From contig JAFXFN010000024.1 of assembly GCA_017520505.1 (NCBI GenBank), positions 209 to 64,208 of the forward strand: DNA of 64,000 nt, read 5' to 3'. The stretch is from Clostridia bacterium (lineage in GTDB: Bacteria; Bacillota; Clostridia; Oscillospirales; CAG-272). A model generated the notes under the pieces. It ran no database searches and was not told the origin of the DNA. It saw nothing but the letters and a program-made list of their open reading frames with translations. A program made the translations under genes and the position numbers. Positions 44,376 to 53,512 of this stretch are shown here, one piece after another (within the stretch, counting starts at the first letter, position 1; every line of letters starts with the position of its first letter).

Positions 44376-46115
44376 TTATTTCTCGATAGCACCGAACTTA
44401 CAAGCGTATGTACATACACCGCAGCCGAGACACTGATTCTTGTCGATTATTGCACGCTTTTTGCCGTCTGCCGTAGCTCTTACTGAGATTGCGGGACATC
44501 CGCAGTTAAGGCAAGCCTTACAGCCGATACATTTGTCCTCGTTTATCTTGAGTGCGGGTGCGTGCTTGATGCCCTTGAGAAGTGCGCAAGGACGGCGGGA
44601 GATGATGAGCGACGGCTCAAGTGCGTTCATTTCCTCATCAACCACACGGCGGACCTCTTCAACGTCAAACGGGTCAACAACTGAAATGCGCTTTATACCG
44701 ATAGAGCGTGCAAGCTCCTCAATATTAACCGCCGACGTAGGATCGCCCTTGATCGTAAAGCCGTTTGCGGGGTTGTTCTGGTGGCCCGTCATACCCGTGA
44801 TGGAGTTGTCAAGCACAACAACAGTCGAAAAGCCCTTGTTGTATACTATATCGATAAGTCCCGTGATACCCGAATGGATAAACGTGGAGTCACCGATAAC
44901 TGCAAGTGATTTCTTGCTTTCCTCACCTCTTACCTTGTTGTAGCCGTGAAGTGCCGATACCGATGCGCCCATACAGATACAAGCATCGACCGAGGAAAGG
45001 GGAGCAGCAGCGCCGAGTGTGTAACATCCGATGTCACCGCTTACGTACGGCTTGTACTTATTGATTGCGTAGTAGAAGCCTCTGTGCGGACAGCCTGCGC
45101 AAAGCACGGGGGGACGTGCGGGAATGTCCTCGGGGAACGTGATGCATTCAGCCTCGAAGCCGTCAACGGCTTTCTTGACCGTTGCCTGTGAAAACTCACC
45201 TAAAAGTGAGAAAATTTCCTTACCGATTACCTTAACACCGTTTTTAAGGCAATGTGTTTCGATAACGTCGTCAAGCTCCTCAACAACGTAAAGCGTGTCA
45301 ACGTTCTTTGCAAAATCCTTGATTATCTCAACGGGAAGCGGATTTACCATACCGAGCTTGAGATAGCTTGCATCCTCTCCGAATGCTTCACGTGCATAGT
45401 TGTATGTAGTACCTGCGCATATAAATCCACGCTTTTTGCTGAAATATTCCGTTTTGTTTATTTCGCAGCTTTCAGCCCATTTTGCCATATCTGCCATACG
45501 CTGTTCAACGAATGCGTGGCGGGGACGTGCCATTGCGGGCATCATTACGTTCTTTGCGGCATCCTTTTTGTATTCTTTAAGCTCAAGCTCTTTTCTTTCG
45601 CCAAGCTCAACGAGTGAGCGTGAGTGTGAAATTCTCGTTGAAAGACGGAGCAAAACGGGTGTGTCGTATTTTTCGGAAAGCTCGTAAGCAAGAAGTGTAA
45701 AATCACGGCACTCAGCGGAGTCGGACGGTTCAAGCATAGGAACCTTTGCACCGATTGCGTGACGGCGTGAATCCTGCTCGTTCTGCGAGGAGTGCATACC
45801 GGGGTCATCCGCAACGGCGCAGACAAAACCGCCGTTAACACCGATATACGACATTGTGTAAAGGGGGTCAGCCGCCACGTTAAGACCGACGTGCTTCATT
45901 GCGCAAAAGCTGCGTCCGCCGCCGATAGATGCGCCCGATGCAACCTCAAAGGCAACCTTTTCGTTGGGCGCCCATTCGCTGTATATTTCGTCATATTTTG
46001 CAACAAATTCCGTGATTTCCGTGCTGGGTGTGCCGGGGTAAGAAGAAACGACCTTAACGCCTGCTTCGTATATACCTCGTGCTACAGCCTCATTTCCCAA
46101 AAGTAATTTTTTCAT
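44376..46115 (-). CDS. iorA: Indolepyruvate ferredoxin oxidoreductase subunit alpha
   Basis: TPP-binding region and C-terminal 2x[4Fe-4S] motifs (CIGCKAC...GCP, CLGCGVC). 579 aa. Confidence 0.85.
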   Translation of the reverse strand: MKKLLLGNEAVARGIYEAGVKVVSSYPGTPSTEITEFVAKYDEIYSEWAPNEKVAFEVASGASIGGGRSFCAMKHVGLNVAADPLYTMSYIGVNGGFVCAVADDPGMHSSQNEQDSRRHAIGAKVPMLEPSDSAECRDFTLLAYELSEKYDTPVLLRLSTRISHSRSLVELGERKELELKEYKKDAAKNVMMPAMARPRHAFVEQRMADMAKWAESCEINKTEYFSKKRGFICAGTTYNYAREAFGEDASYLKLGMVNPLPVEIIKDFAKNVDTLYVVEELDDVIETHCLKNGVKVIGKEIFSLLGEFSQATVKKAVDGFEAECITFPEDIPARPPVLCAGCPHRGFYYAINKYKPYVSGDIGCYTLGAAAPLSSVDACICMGASVSALHGYNKVRGEESKKSLAVIGDSTFIHSGITGLIDIVYNKGFSTVVVLDNSITGMTGHQNNPANGFTIKGDPTSAVNIEELARSIGIKRISVVDPFDVEEVRRVVDEEMNALEPSLIISRRPCALLKGIKHAPALKINEDKCIGCKACLNCGCPAISVRATADGKKRAIIDKNQCLGCGVCTYACKFGAIEK

Positions 46116-46235
46116 AATACAAAACCTTTCTGTTTTGGTGTTTATAATGTTGTATTTTGCTTATTTCATTTACGTCGGTGATACCTCCACCCCCGGGGAT
46201 GGTGGCACGGCAACGTATGTCCCTGCGTTTAATGC

Positions 46236-46262
46236 GGACAGCCGAGGACGTCTGTCCCTACA
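46236..46262. repeat. REP hairpin GGACAG-CCGAGGACGT-CTGTCC+CTACA between paaK and iorA
   Basis: Hairpin plus CTACA signature within a 210-bp intra-operon gap. Confidence 0.65.
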
Positions 46263-46325
46263 TTTTGTTTTATTATCATATTTGTTGTGTAAAATACAAA
46301 ACAAATTGAACGTGCGATGTTGATT

Positions 46326-47648
46326 TTATTTTACGTTTCTCAAATCGATAACCCTCTTTGCCTTGCCGACGAATCTCTCGATGCTCTTCGGCTCAACAAG
46401 AGTTACCTTTATTTCAATTCCTAAAATTGATTTTATCTTGTCGTGTACCTTTCTCTGGAGAGCTTCAAGCTCACTGTACTTTGCAAGAAGTGTGCCGTCG
46501 ATAAGCTCAACCTTAACTTCAAGGTTGTCAGCATAGCCCTCACGTCTTACAACGAGCTGATAGTGGGGAGAAATCTGCGATATGCCGATAAGTGCGCTTT
46601 CTATCTGCGTCGGGAAGACGTTTACGCCTCTGATTTTAAGCATATCGTCGCTTCGTCCGATTATCTTGTGCATACGTGCCGTCGTTCTTCCGCAAGCGCA
46701 GGGCTCGTAGTTGATGTTCGTTATATCCTTCGTTCTGTAACGGAGCATCGGAATACCCTTTTTGGTAAGGTTGGTCACAACGAGCTCACCCGTTGAGCCC
46801 TTGGGGAGTACCTCACCCGTCACAGGGTCGATTATCTCGCAAAGGAAGTGGTCCTCGGAGATGTGAAGTCCGTTTCTGAATACGCAGTCACCTGCCATAC
46901 CGGGGCCGTTAAGCTCACTCATTCCGTAGTTGTCGGTTACAAAGAAGCCGTTACCCCATTTTTGCTCTATCTCATTACGCATTTCGGGTGTGCAGCCCTC
47001 GCTTCCCAAAAGTCCGAGCTTCAATTTATAGTTATCAAGCGAAAATTCACCTGCGTGCTCTGCCGCAGCTTCTGCGAGGTAGAGGCAGTAGGAGGGAGTT
47101 GCAACGAGCGTGTCCGTTCCGAAGTCACGCATAAATTTAAGCTGTTTTTCGGTGTTACCCGACGATGTGGGGGCAACTGTTGCGCCTATTCTTTCAAGAC
47201 CGTAATGAAGACCGAGCGCACCCGTGAACATACCGTAGCCGAAGCAAATCTGAACGATGCTCTCGTCAGTTGCACCTGCCGCCATACAGATACGTGCGAC
47301 CTGCTCTGACCAGTTATCAAGGTCTTCTCTCGTATAACCTACGACCGTGGGGTTACCCGTCGTACCCGATGATGCGTGAAGACGTACTATCTCCTTCATC
47401 GGTGCGCCGAACATACCGAAGGGGTATGTGTCACGCAGGTCCGTTTTGTTCGTGTAGGGAATGTACTTGATGTCGTCAAGCGTCTTTATCTTTTCTGCTG
47501 TAACGCCTGCCTTTTCGAGTCTTTCACGGTAGAAAGGCACGTTTTTGGCACAGTAATCCACCATATTGCGGAGTCTTTCAAGCTGGAGCGCTTCCATATC
47601 GGAGCGCTTCATACATTCCATATCTTTGTTGTATATATTGATCTTCAT
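46326..47648 (-). CDS. paaK: Phenylacetate--CoA ligase family protein
   Basis: SSGTTGNPT AMP-binding motif and MEALQLERLRN N-terminal region. 440 aa. Confidence 0.85.
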   Translation of the reverse strand: MKINIYNKDMECMKRSDMEALQLERLRNMVDYCAKNVPFYRERLEKAGVTAEKIKTLDDIKYIPYTNKTDLRDTYPFGMFGAPMKEIVRLHASSGTTGNPTVVGYTREDLDNWSEQVARICMAAGATDESIVQICFGYGMFTGALGLHYGLERIGATVAPTSSGNTEKQLKFMRDFGTDTLVATPSYCLYLAEAAAEHAGEFSLDNYKLKLGLLGSEGCTPEMRNEIEQKWGNGFFVTDNYGMSELNGPGMAGDCVFRNGLHISEDHFLCEIIDPVTGEVLPKGSTGELVVTNLTKKGIPMLRYRTKDITNINYEPCACGRTTARMHKIIGRSDDMLKIRGVNVFPTQIESALIGISQISPHYQLVVRREGYADNLEVKVELIDGTLLAKYSELEALQRKVHDKIKSILGIEIKVTLVEPKSIERFVGKAKRVIDLRNVK

Positions 47649-47673
47649 CGGTTTGTCCTTCTCAATCTTAAAT

Positions 47674-49191
47674 TTATTTTGCCGTTTGATAAAATTCTGT
47701 GTTTGCTTCGTTTGTTTTTGTCACAGAGTTATATATTTTAGTGCCGATAAAGCACAGCGGGAACGAAATTATCATTGCAAGACAAGCAAAATGCGGGCCG
47801 AGTGCGGAAAGCTCACCAAGCGGAGTTGACACGGTGATTCCGAACAGCTTGCACACAAGCGGAGGGAACGCCGTTATAAAGCCGCCGAGCATACCCACCC
47901 ACGCACCTGCACGGTTCAGCTTCTTCCAGAAAAGGCTGAGTATATAAGGTGCCATAAACGAGCCTGAAATGATACCCCACGAATAAGACATCATAACGAG
48001 TATCGGCGTGCCGGGGGTGATCGCAATTACAAATGAAAGAATGATAAACAAGACGGAAACTATCTTGCAGGCATTTCCGACCTTTTCGGATGATGCCTTT
48101 TTCATTGCAACGGGTGCTATAAAGTCCATTGTAAGCGTTGTCGATGCCGTGATCGTGATAGATGCAAGCGTTGAAACTGATGCGGAGATCAAAAGCACGA
48201 GGATAATTCCGAGAAGTATCGTCGGTACGTTTGCCGCTTCAAGCACGTTCGGAATGATGTTGTCATACACACCGTCGGCAAAGGCTTCGGGGAAAAGTCT
48301 TGAAAGCGAGCCGATGAAGTAGCCGCCGCCCGCAATTATAAGACAGAATAATGTTGAAATAACAGTTCCTCTTACGACCTCGGCACGGTCCTTGATGCCG
48401 TAGTATTTATGTATCATCTGCGGAAGTCCCCACGTGCCGAACGATGTCATAAGCACGGTTGCCCACAGACTTATGTGGTCTTTCGACGTTAACGAAAGCT
48501 CGCTCGTTTTATCGATTATGTTGTTTATGCCGTTGGTAAGACCGCCGACCTGCTCACATCTCATTATAACGACGATAAGTGCGATAACACCGCCGACCAT
48601 TACGATGCCCTGCAAAAAGTCCGCCTTGAGCGTTGCCATATAACCGCCGAGCACGACGAGAACCGCCGCAACGCAGGCGATAAGTATACAGCAGAGCATT
48701 TCGTCGATGCCGAGAAGTATACTGCAAACGCTTGTCAGTCCCTTATAGACCGATGCGGAATAAGGAAGCAGGAATATGAACGTAACGAAAACGCAGAACT
48801 GCTTCATCACCTTGTCGCCGAAGCGTTTTTCGAAAAACTGAGGCATTGAGCGTATATCGTGATGTCTTGTTATATCTCTCGTTCTGTTTGCAAGCACCAG
48901 CCACGCAAACAAAGCGCCGAAAATTGCATTGCCTATACCGGGCAAAATGCCCCACAGACCGTAATTCCAGCCCGTCGTGCCTGCATATCCGATGAACATA
49001 ACGGCTGAAAAATATGCCGTTCCGTATGAAAACGCCGAAAGCCACGCATTTGCGTTGCGCTTACCTACGGCAAAATCGCTTACGTTCTTTGCGCTTCTGC
49101 TTGAAAGAACGCTGACGATTATCATTATTGCGATATATACGGCGATAGTACCGTATATGATTACTTCTTTGTTATCCATTGGGTTCTCCAT
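47674..49191 (-). CDS. Sodium:solute symporter (SSS family)
   Basis: About 13 TM helices. An alternative start at 49179 has a better GGAGA RBS. Confidence 0.75.
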   Translation of the reverse strand: MENPMDNKEVIIYGTIAVYIAIMIIVSVLSSRSAKNVSDFAVGKRNANAWLSAFSYGTAYFSAVMFIGYAGTTGWNYGLWGILPGIGNAIFGALFAWLVLANRTRDITRHHDIRSMPQFFEKRFGDKVMKQFCVFVTFIFLLPYSASVYKGLTSVCSILLGIDEMLCCILIACVAAVLVVLGGYMATLKADFLQGIVMVGGVIALIVVIMRCEQVGGLTNGINNIIDKTSELSLTSKDHISLWATVLMTSFGTWGLPQMIHKYYGIKDRAEVVRGTVISTLFCLIIAGGGYFIGSLSRLFPEAFADGVYDNIIPNVLEAANVPTILLGIILVLLISASVSTLASITITASTTLTMDFIAPVAMKKASSEKVGNACKIVSVLFIILSFVIAITPGTPILVMMSYSWGIISGSFMAPYILSLFWKKLNRAGAWVGMLGGFITAFPPLVCKLFGITVSTPLGELSALGPHFACLAMIISFPLCFIGTKIYNSVTKTNEANTEFYQTAK

Positions 49192-49226
49192 TCTGCCGTC
49201 CTACGGCTGACCTCGGTGCGCGGGGT

Positions 49227-49763
49227 TTATTTTTTTGCCTTCTTTTCGGGAAGTAACTTGATGTTTTTATATCCGAGCATATAGACCGCAAAGACCGCAA
49301 AGACGGAGATGAACGGTGTTATCGTGTATGCAAAGGGATTTGCGTTAAGCTCCATTCCGTTAATAACGACACTCTTGAAAACGCCGATGTAAACTGCCTG
49401 AATGAGGCGGAGTATTGCGTTTGATGTGTTGTACAGCCCCGGAATATCACCGAAATACGAAATAAGCGTAAGAGCTGACAGTATAAAGTTCGGAACGTTT
49501 GCGATAAGTGCGATGTATACGGGTTTGCCGAAGTTCGGTTTTTCACCCGATACGTCGTTTCTTATGCGGTCACGTCCGCCGACCTCCCACATAAAATCAT
49601 ATATGATAAGCAGATAAAGCAGTATGCCGAGAATGCCTGCACCGAGCAAAAGCGGTGGGGATGAAACCGTTGCGCCTGACGTGACAAATCCGAACACTGC
49701 CATAGCTATCTGTCCTAAAAACAGCTTGACCGAGTCGTAAAGCGAGGATTTAAAATAAGACAT
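49227..49763 (-). CDS. Membrane protein (178 aa)
   Basis: Five TM helices. First gene of the minus-strand block. Confidence 0.6.
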   Translation of the reverse strand: MSYFKSSLYDSVKLFLGQIAMAVFGFVTSGATVSSPPLLLGAGILGILLYLLIIYDFMWEVGGRDRIRNDVSGEKPNFGKPVYIALIANVPNFILSALTLISYFGDIPGLYNTSNAILRLIQAVYIGVFKSVVINGMELNANPFAYTITPFISVFAVFAVYMLGYKNIKLLPEKKAKK

Positions 49764-49950
49764 ATTTTGACACCTTTAAAAATAATTATACTGTTATATT
49801 ATATATCACGTGTGCGTATTATTATAGCCTTATATCTTTAATAAAATTTTAACATTTACCGAAGTAAAGCGGTAAACACCTTGATATTTCAGACTTAACT
49901 TAAAATTTCGGAATGATGTGTTAAGATGTAATGCTTGAAATCCGTATTGA

Positions 49951-50014
49951 ATATTTCCGCAGGAAATATCTGCGCCTCCGCCAATCAGTTGACTCTGTCA
50001 ACTGCGGGGGGTGG
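49951..50014. repeat. REP-like hairpins ATATTTCC-GCA-GGAAATAT (49951-49969) and CAGTTGAC-TCT-GTCAACTG+CGGGGGGTGG (49986-50014)
   Basis: Both families recur (18108, 59889 and 63479; 57755-57794). Confidence 0.7.
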
Positions 50015-50162
50015 CAGGGCGCAGGGGATAAAAAACACTTAAAGGCTTTATAAGAGCTTGCGTATGAATAAAAACAAAATCCAAATTTTCTTCTTTTGAT
50101 GTTTAAAACCGTGATTTTGATGAAAAAATATAGGCAGAACATATCAAAAGGAGTAATCAAAG

Positions 50163-50534
50163 GTGCTTATCAGAAGAGGAGATATTTTTTATGCGGATCT
50201 GTCACCCGTCGTCGGCTCGGAGCAGGGGGGACTTCGCCCCGTGCTTATCGTGCAGAACGACGTCGGCAACAAGTTTTCGCCGACAGTAATTGCCGCCGCC
50301 ATAACAAGCCAGATATCAAAAACAAAGCTTCCGACACACATAGGAGTGTACGCCGACAGCTACGGACTTGCAAAGGATTCGGTCATACTGCTTGAGCAGA
50401 TACGCACGCTTGACAAGCAGCGACTTAAAGAAAAGATGGGACATCTTGACGAAGACGTAATGGAAAAGGTAAACGAAGCCATTTCCGTCAGCTTCGGTCT
50501 TTCATCGGGCGGTGACGGTGCGGCAATATCATGA
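50163..50534 (+). CDS. mazF: MazF/PemK-family endoribonuclease toxin (EndoA-like)
   Basis: [30 protein letters not shown]...[12 protein letters not shown] start 9 nt after an AAGGAG RBS. Confidence 0.85.
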   Translation: MLIRRGDIFYADLSPVVGSEQGGLRPVLIVQNDVGNKFSPTVIAAAITSQISKTKLPTHIGVYADSYGLAKDSVILLEQIRTLDKQRLKEKMGHLDEDVMEKVNEAISVSFGLSSGGDGAAIS

Positions 50535-51937
50535 TAAACGAAACGAATATCGATATAAAAAGACAGCGTTTCGATAAGGCTCTGCGGATAGATGCAAGCT
50601 TTGATGCGGTCAGACGTGATATTATAACGTGCGGTAAAAAATGCAGCTTTTATTTCATTGACGGACTTACGAAGGACGAGGTAATGCTCCGCATAATGGA
50701 CCTTTTTATGAAGCTGAAGGAGCTTGACTTATCGAGCGTGTCAGACCTCAAAGCCTTTTACGATACGTACATTCCGTACGTTGAGGTAGAGGGCGCAAAG
50801 GACGGAAATGCTGTGGTTACAGGCGTGCTTTCGGGTATGACTGCGATGATAGTTGACGGCATTCCGGGTGCTGTGCTTATCGACTGCCGAACGTACCCCG
50901 TGCGTGGAATCGAGGAGCCCGAAAACGACAAGGTTTTAAGGGGCGCACGTGTCGGATTCGTCGAAACGCTTGTGTTCAACGCCGCACTTATCCGCCGACA
51001 CATACGTGATGCAAGGCTTTCAATGAAGATAAAAACGGTGGGTACGTCGTCAAAAACAGATGTCGTTTTGTGCTATCTTGACGGAGTGGCTGACAAAAAG
51101 CTGTTATCAAGAATAGAACAGAAGATAGACAGCATAAAGGTTCCTTCGCTGTCGCTTGGAAGCGAGTCACTTGCCGAATGTCTTATAAAAACGGGGTGGT
51201 ACAATCCATTTCCGAAGATAAGATACACAGAGCGCCCCGATGCCGCCGCCGCATCTATAATGGAGGGGAGCATTATCGTTTTGTGCGACAACTCTCCCTC
51301 TGCGATGATACTTCCGACGTGTATTTTTGACTTTTTGCAGGAAACAGACGACTACTATTTTCCGCCCCTTACGGGAACGTATCTGCGTTTTGTCAGATGC
51401 TTTGTGTTCTTTCTGACGATGTTTTTGTCGCCTCTTTGGTATCTGCTTATCACGCATCCCGAATATATCCCCGAATGGCTCGGATTCATAACGGTTGAAT
51501 CGGAGTCGGCGCTGCCGATAATCGTTCAGCTTTTCTTGCTTGAATTCGCCGTTGACGGGCTGAAGCTTGCCGCACTCAACACCCCGTCTGTGCTTGCGGG
51601 AAGCTTTTCGATAATCGGCGGTCTTATCCTCGGTGACTTTGCCGTTAAGGTCGGGTGGTTCGTACCCGAAACGATACTTTATACAGCGTTTGTAAGCATT
51701 GCGAACTTTGCCCAGCCGAGTTATGAGCTTGGCTACGCATTCAAATTTATGCGCCTTATATTGCTTGCCTTAACGGCGCTTTTCGCCGCATCGGGCTTTA
51801 TCTTCGGCGTACTTTTGTCGCTCGTTTTAATAGCCTCAAACAAGACCGTAGACGGTCAAAGGCATTATCTTTACCCCCTCTTTCCGTTTAACGCACGTGC
51901 GCTTTCACGTCTTATTTTAAGGCGGAAATTGAAGTAA
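50531..51937 (+). CDS. spoVAF: GerA-family spore germination protein, SpoVAF-like
   Basis: 468 aa. Soluble N-terminal domain plus about 5 C-terminal TM helices. Its ATG overlaps the mazF stop (ATGA). Confidence 0.7.
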   Translation: MINETNIDIKRQRFDKALRIDASFDAVRRDIITCGKKCSFYFIDGLTKDEVMLRIMDLFMKLKELDLSSVSDLKAFYDTYIPYVEVEGAKDGNAVVTGVLSGMTAMIVDGIPGAVLIDCRTYPVRGIEEPENDKVLRGARVGFVETLVFNAALIRRHIRDARLSMKIKTVGTSSKTDVVLCYLDGVADKKLLSRIEQKIDSIKVPSLSLGSESLAECLIKTGWYNPFPKIRYTERPDAAAASIMEGSIIVLCDNSPSAMILPTCIFDFLQETDDYYFPPLTGTYLRFVRCFVFFLTMFLSPLWYLLITHPEYIPEWLGFITVESESALPIIVQLFLLEFAVDGLKLAALNTPSVLAGSFSIIGGLILGDFAVKVGWFVPETILYTAFVSIANFAQPSYELGYAFKFMRLILLALTALFAASGFIFGVLLSLVLIASNKTVDGQRHYLYPLFPFNARALSRLILRRKLK

Positions 51938-51962
51938 TTTTATCCGATGGCATTTTATTTGA

Positions 51963-52364
51963 GATATATCTGTAGGGCGGGGGCTTGCTCCCGCCGAAAC
52001 AGACGGAATAGAGTACACCACGTTTGGAAAGATTGCAGAGAAGCAGTTACTCTTACTCGAAGATCGTTATCCCTGCCTTTCAGTTGACAGATACGTAATT
52101 ATGCCAAATCACATTCATATTATTTTTGTTTTGGAGGGCGATGCGGCACGAGCAAGCCCCCGCCCTACGATCATGGATGCGATCTGTGCATATAAATCAC
52201 TGACAACAAGAGAATGTAAAAAGGCCGGAAAGGTTGGAAAATTATTCCAAACATCTTTTTATGAGCATGTAATTCGCGGTCGCGAGGATTATGAGGAAAT
52301 CGTAAAATACATTCACGAAAATCCAATGCGTTGGTACTATGATGAATTATACGCTGAAGAATAG
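51963..52364 (+). pseudogene. 5'-truncated IS200/RAYT-type HUH (Y1) transposase
   Basis: The open frame from 51963 reads ...VGRGLAPA...FGKIAEKQLLLLEDRYP...VIMPNHIHIIF (HUH)...ARASPRPT...YIHENPMRW (Tyr motif). No start codon precedes the internal ATG at 52101, and the N-terminal ~45 aa of the family appear to be missing. Confidence 0.7.
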
Positions 52365-52492
52365 GGGTATGGGCTTTGCCCGATGCAGATAGAATTTACG
52401 CATTACAAAACAAAACGGCAGAGAAAACATTTCTCTGCCGAAATTCGTTTGTATGGTATTCATTGAATACCATTATTTTTTTGTTATATGAC

Positions 52493-52517
52493 GGGCGATT
52501 CGTGAATCGTCCCTACA
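52493..52517. repeat. REP hairpin GGGCGATTC-GTG-AATCGTCCC+TACA
   Basis: Imperfect stem followed by the CTACA signature. Confidence 0.55.
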
Positions 52518-52556
52518 AGAAGCGAAACATTCTTATAAAACAGCTTGGTAAGTTTT

Positions 52557-53510
52557 TTATTTTTTTGTCCTCTTGACTATAAATATCACAGCTGTAACTG
52601 CGGCGGTGATGACTGCCGCTGTTACAACGATTATAACAGGCAGAAGCGATGTGCCGTCAGGCTCATTCGGCTCGGTCGGCTCTGTTTTGGCATCGCCCTC
52701 TGTCGGTAAGTCGGGGCGTTGCGTTGCTTCCGTGCGGTTTTCGGTCTGATGCTCCGATTCATCTTGTGCTGTTGTTACAGCGGATGTTACCGATTCGGCA
52801 GGGCGTGACGTCGTAACTGGCGTTGTTTCCTTTGCCTCGTATACGGCTGTAAAGGTAACGCTTTCAGCGGGTGTGTCAAGATTTCCGTCTGAAAATATCC
52901 CCTCGGAAAGTGTCAGGGATACGTCACCGCTTTTTGAAATTATTTTGAATTTCATATCAAGAAGCGGAGTGTCGGGCTCCAATTCATTTTCTGAATAAAA
53001 CATAAATCGGAATTCGCCGTCAGTTCCCGCAAATTCCACCGTCACACCGTCGGGTGTGCACGGTAAAACGGACATTATCACGACCTTTGACGTGTCGAAA
53101 ACGACCGTTCCTTCACCGCCGAATATACCGCTTTTCTGCGTACCGGCAGAGGTGTCGGTGTCTGTTTGTGTGTCTGTGTTCTCTTCCGTATCGGTCACGG
53201 TATCGACGTTTGTGACGTCCTCGGAAACAGCATCAGAAATCACCGCCGGTATATCCTCGGCGGGTGCAGACACGCTTGCTGTACCGCTGTCGGTGTCTGT
53301 TATTTCATCGGTCGATACCGTTTCGCCCTCTGTCATTTCGGGCGACGTCGTTTCCTCGGTCCGTGTTTCCGTTATCATTGCGGAGATACGCACCGAGAAC
53401 ACAGGACTTGAAAGAATATCATCTCCTGTAACCGTAAACGACGGAGTGTATGCGCAGGTATTAACTGTAAGTGCGGCAATGACCGCCAATAAAACAAATA
53501 GCTTCTTCAT
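52557..53510 (-). CDS. Cohesin-domain protein with a C-terminal membrane anchor
   Basis: Signal peptide, Thr/Asp-rich linkers, a cohesin-like block (VVFDTSKVVIMSV...LLDMKFKIISKSGDVSLTL...GIFSDGN) and a terminal TM helix plus KRTKK. Confidence 0.6.
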   Translation of the reverse strand: MKKLFVLLAVIAALTVNTCAYTPSFTVTGDDILSSPVFSVRISAMITETRTEETTSPEMTEGETVSTDEITDTDSGTASVSAPAEDIPAVISDAVSEDVTNVDTVTDTEENTDTQTDTDTSAGTQKSGIFGGEGTVVFDTSKVVIMSVLPCTPDGVTVEFAGTDGEFRFMFYSENELEPDTPLLDMKFKIISKSGDVSLTLSEGIFSDGNLDTPAESVTFTAVYEAKETTPVTTSRPAESVTSAVTTAQDESEHQTENRTEATQRPDLPTEGDAKTEPTEPNEPDGTSLLPVIIVVTAAVITAAVTAVIFIVKRTKK

Positions 53511-53512
53511 TT

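Noticed and set aside
49764-50162. MazE-type antitoxin upstream of mazF
   Set aside because: No ORF of plausible size or frame ends near the mazF start. The only listed ORF (50096..50395) overlaps mazF out of frame and looks spurious.
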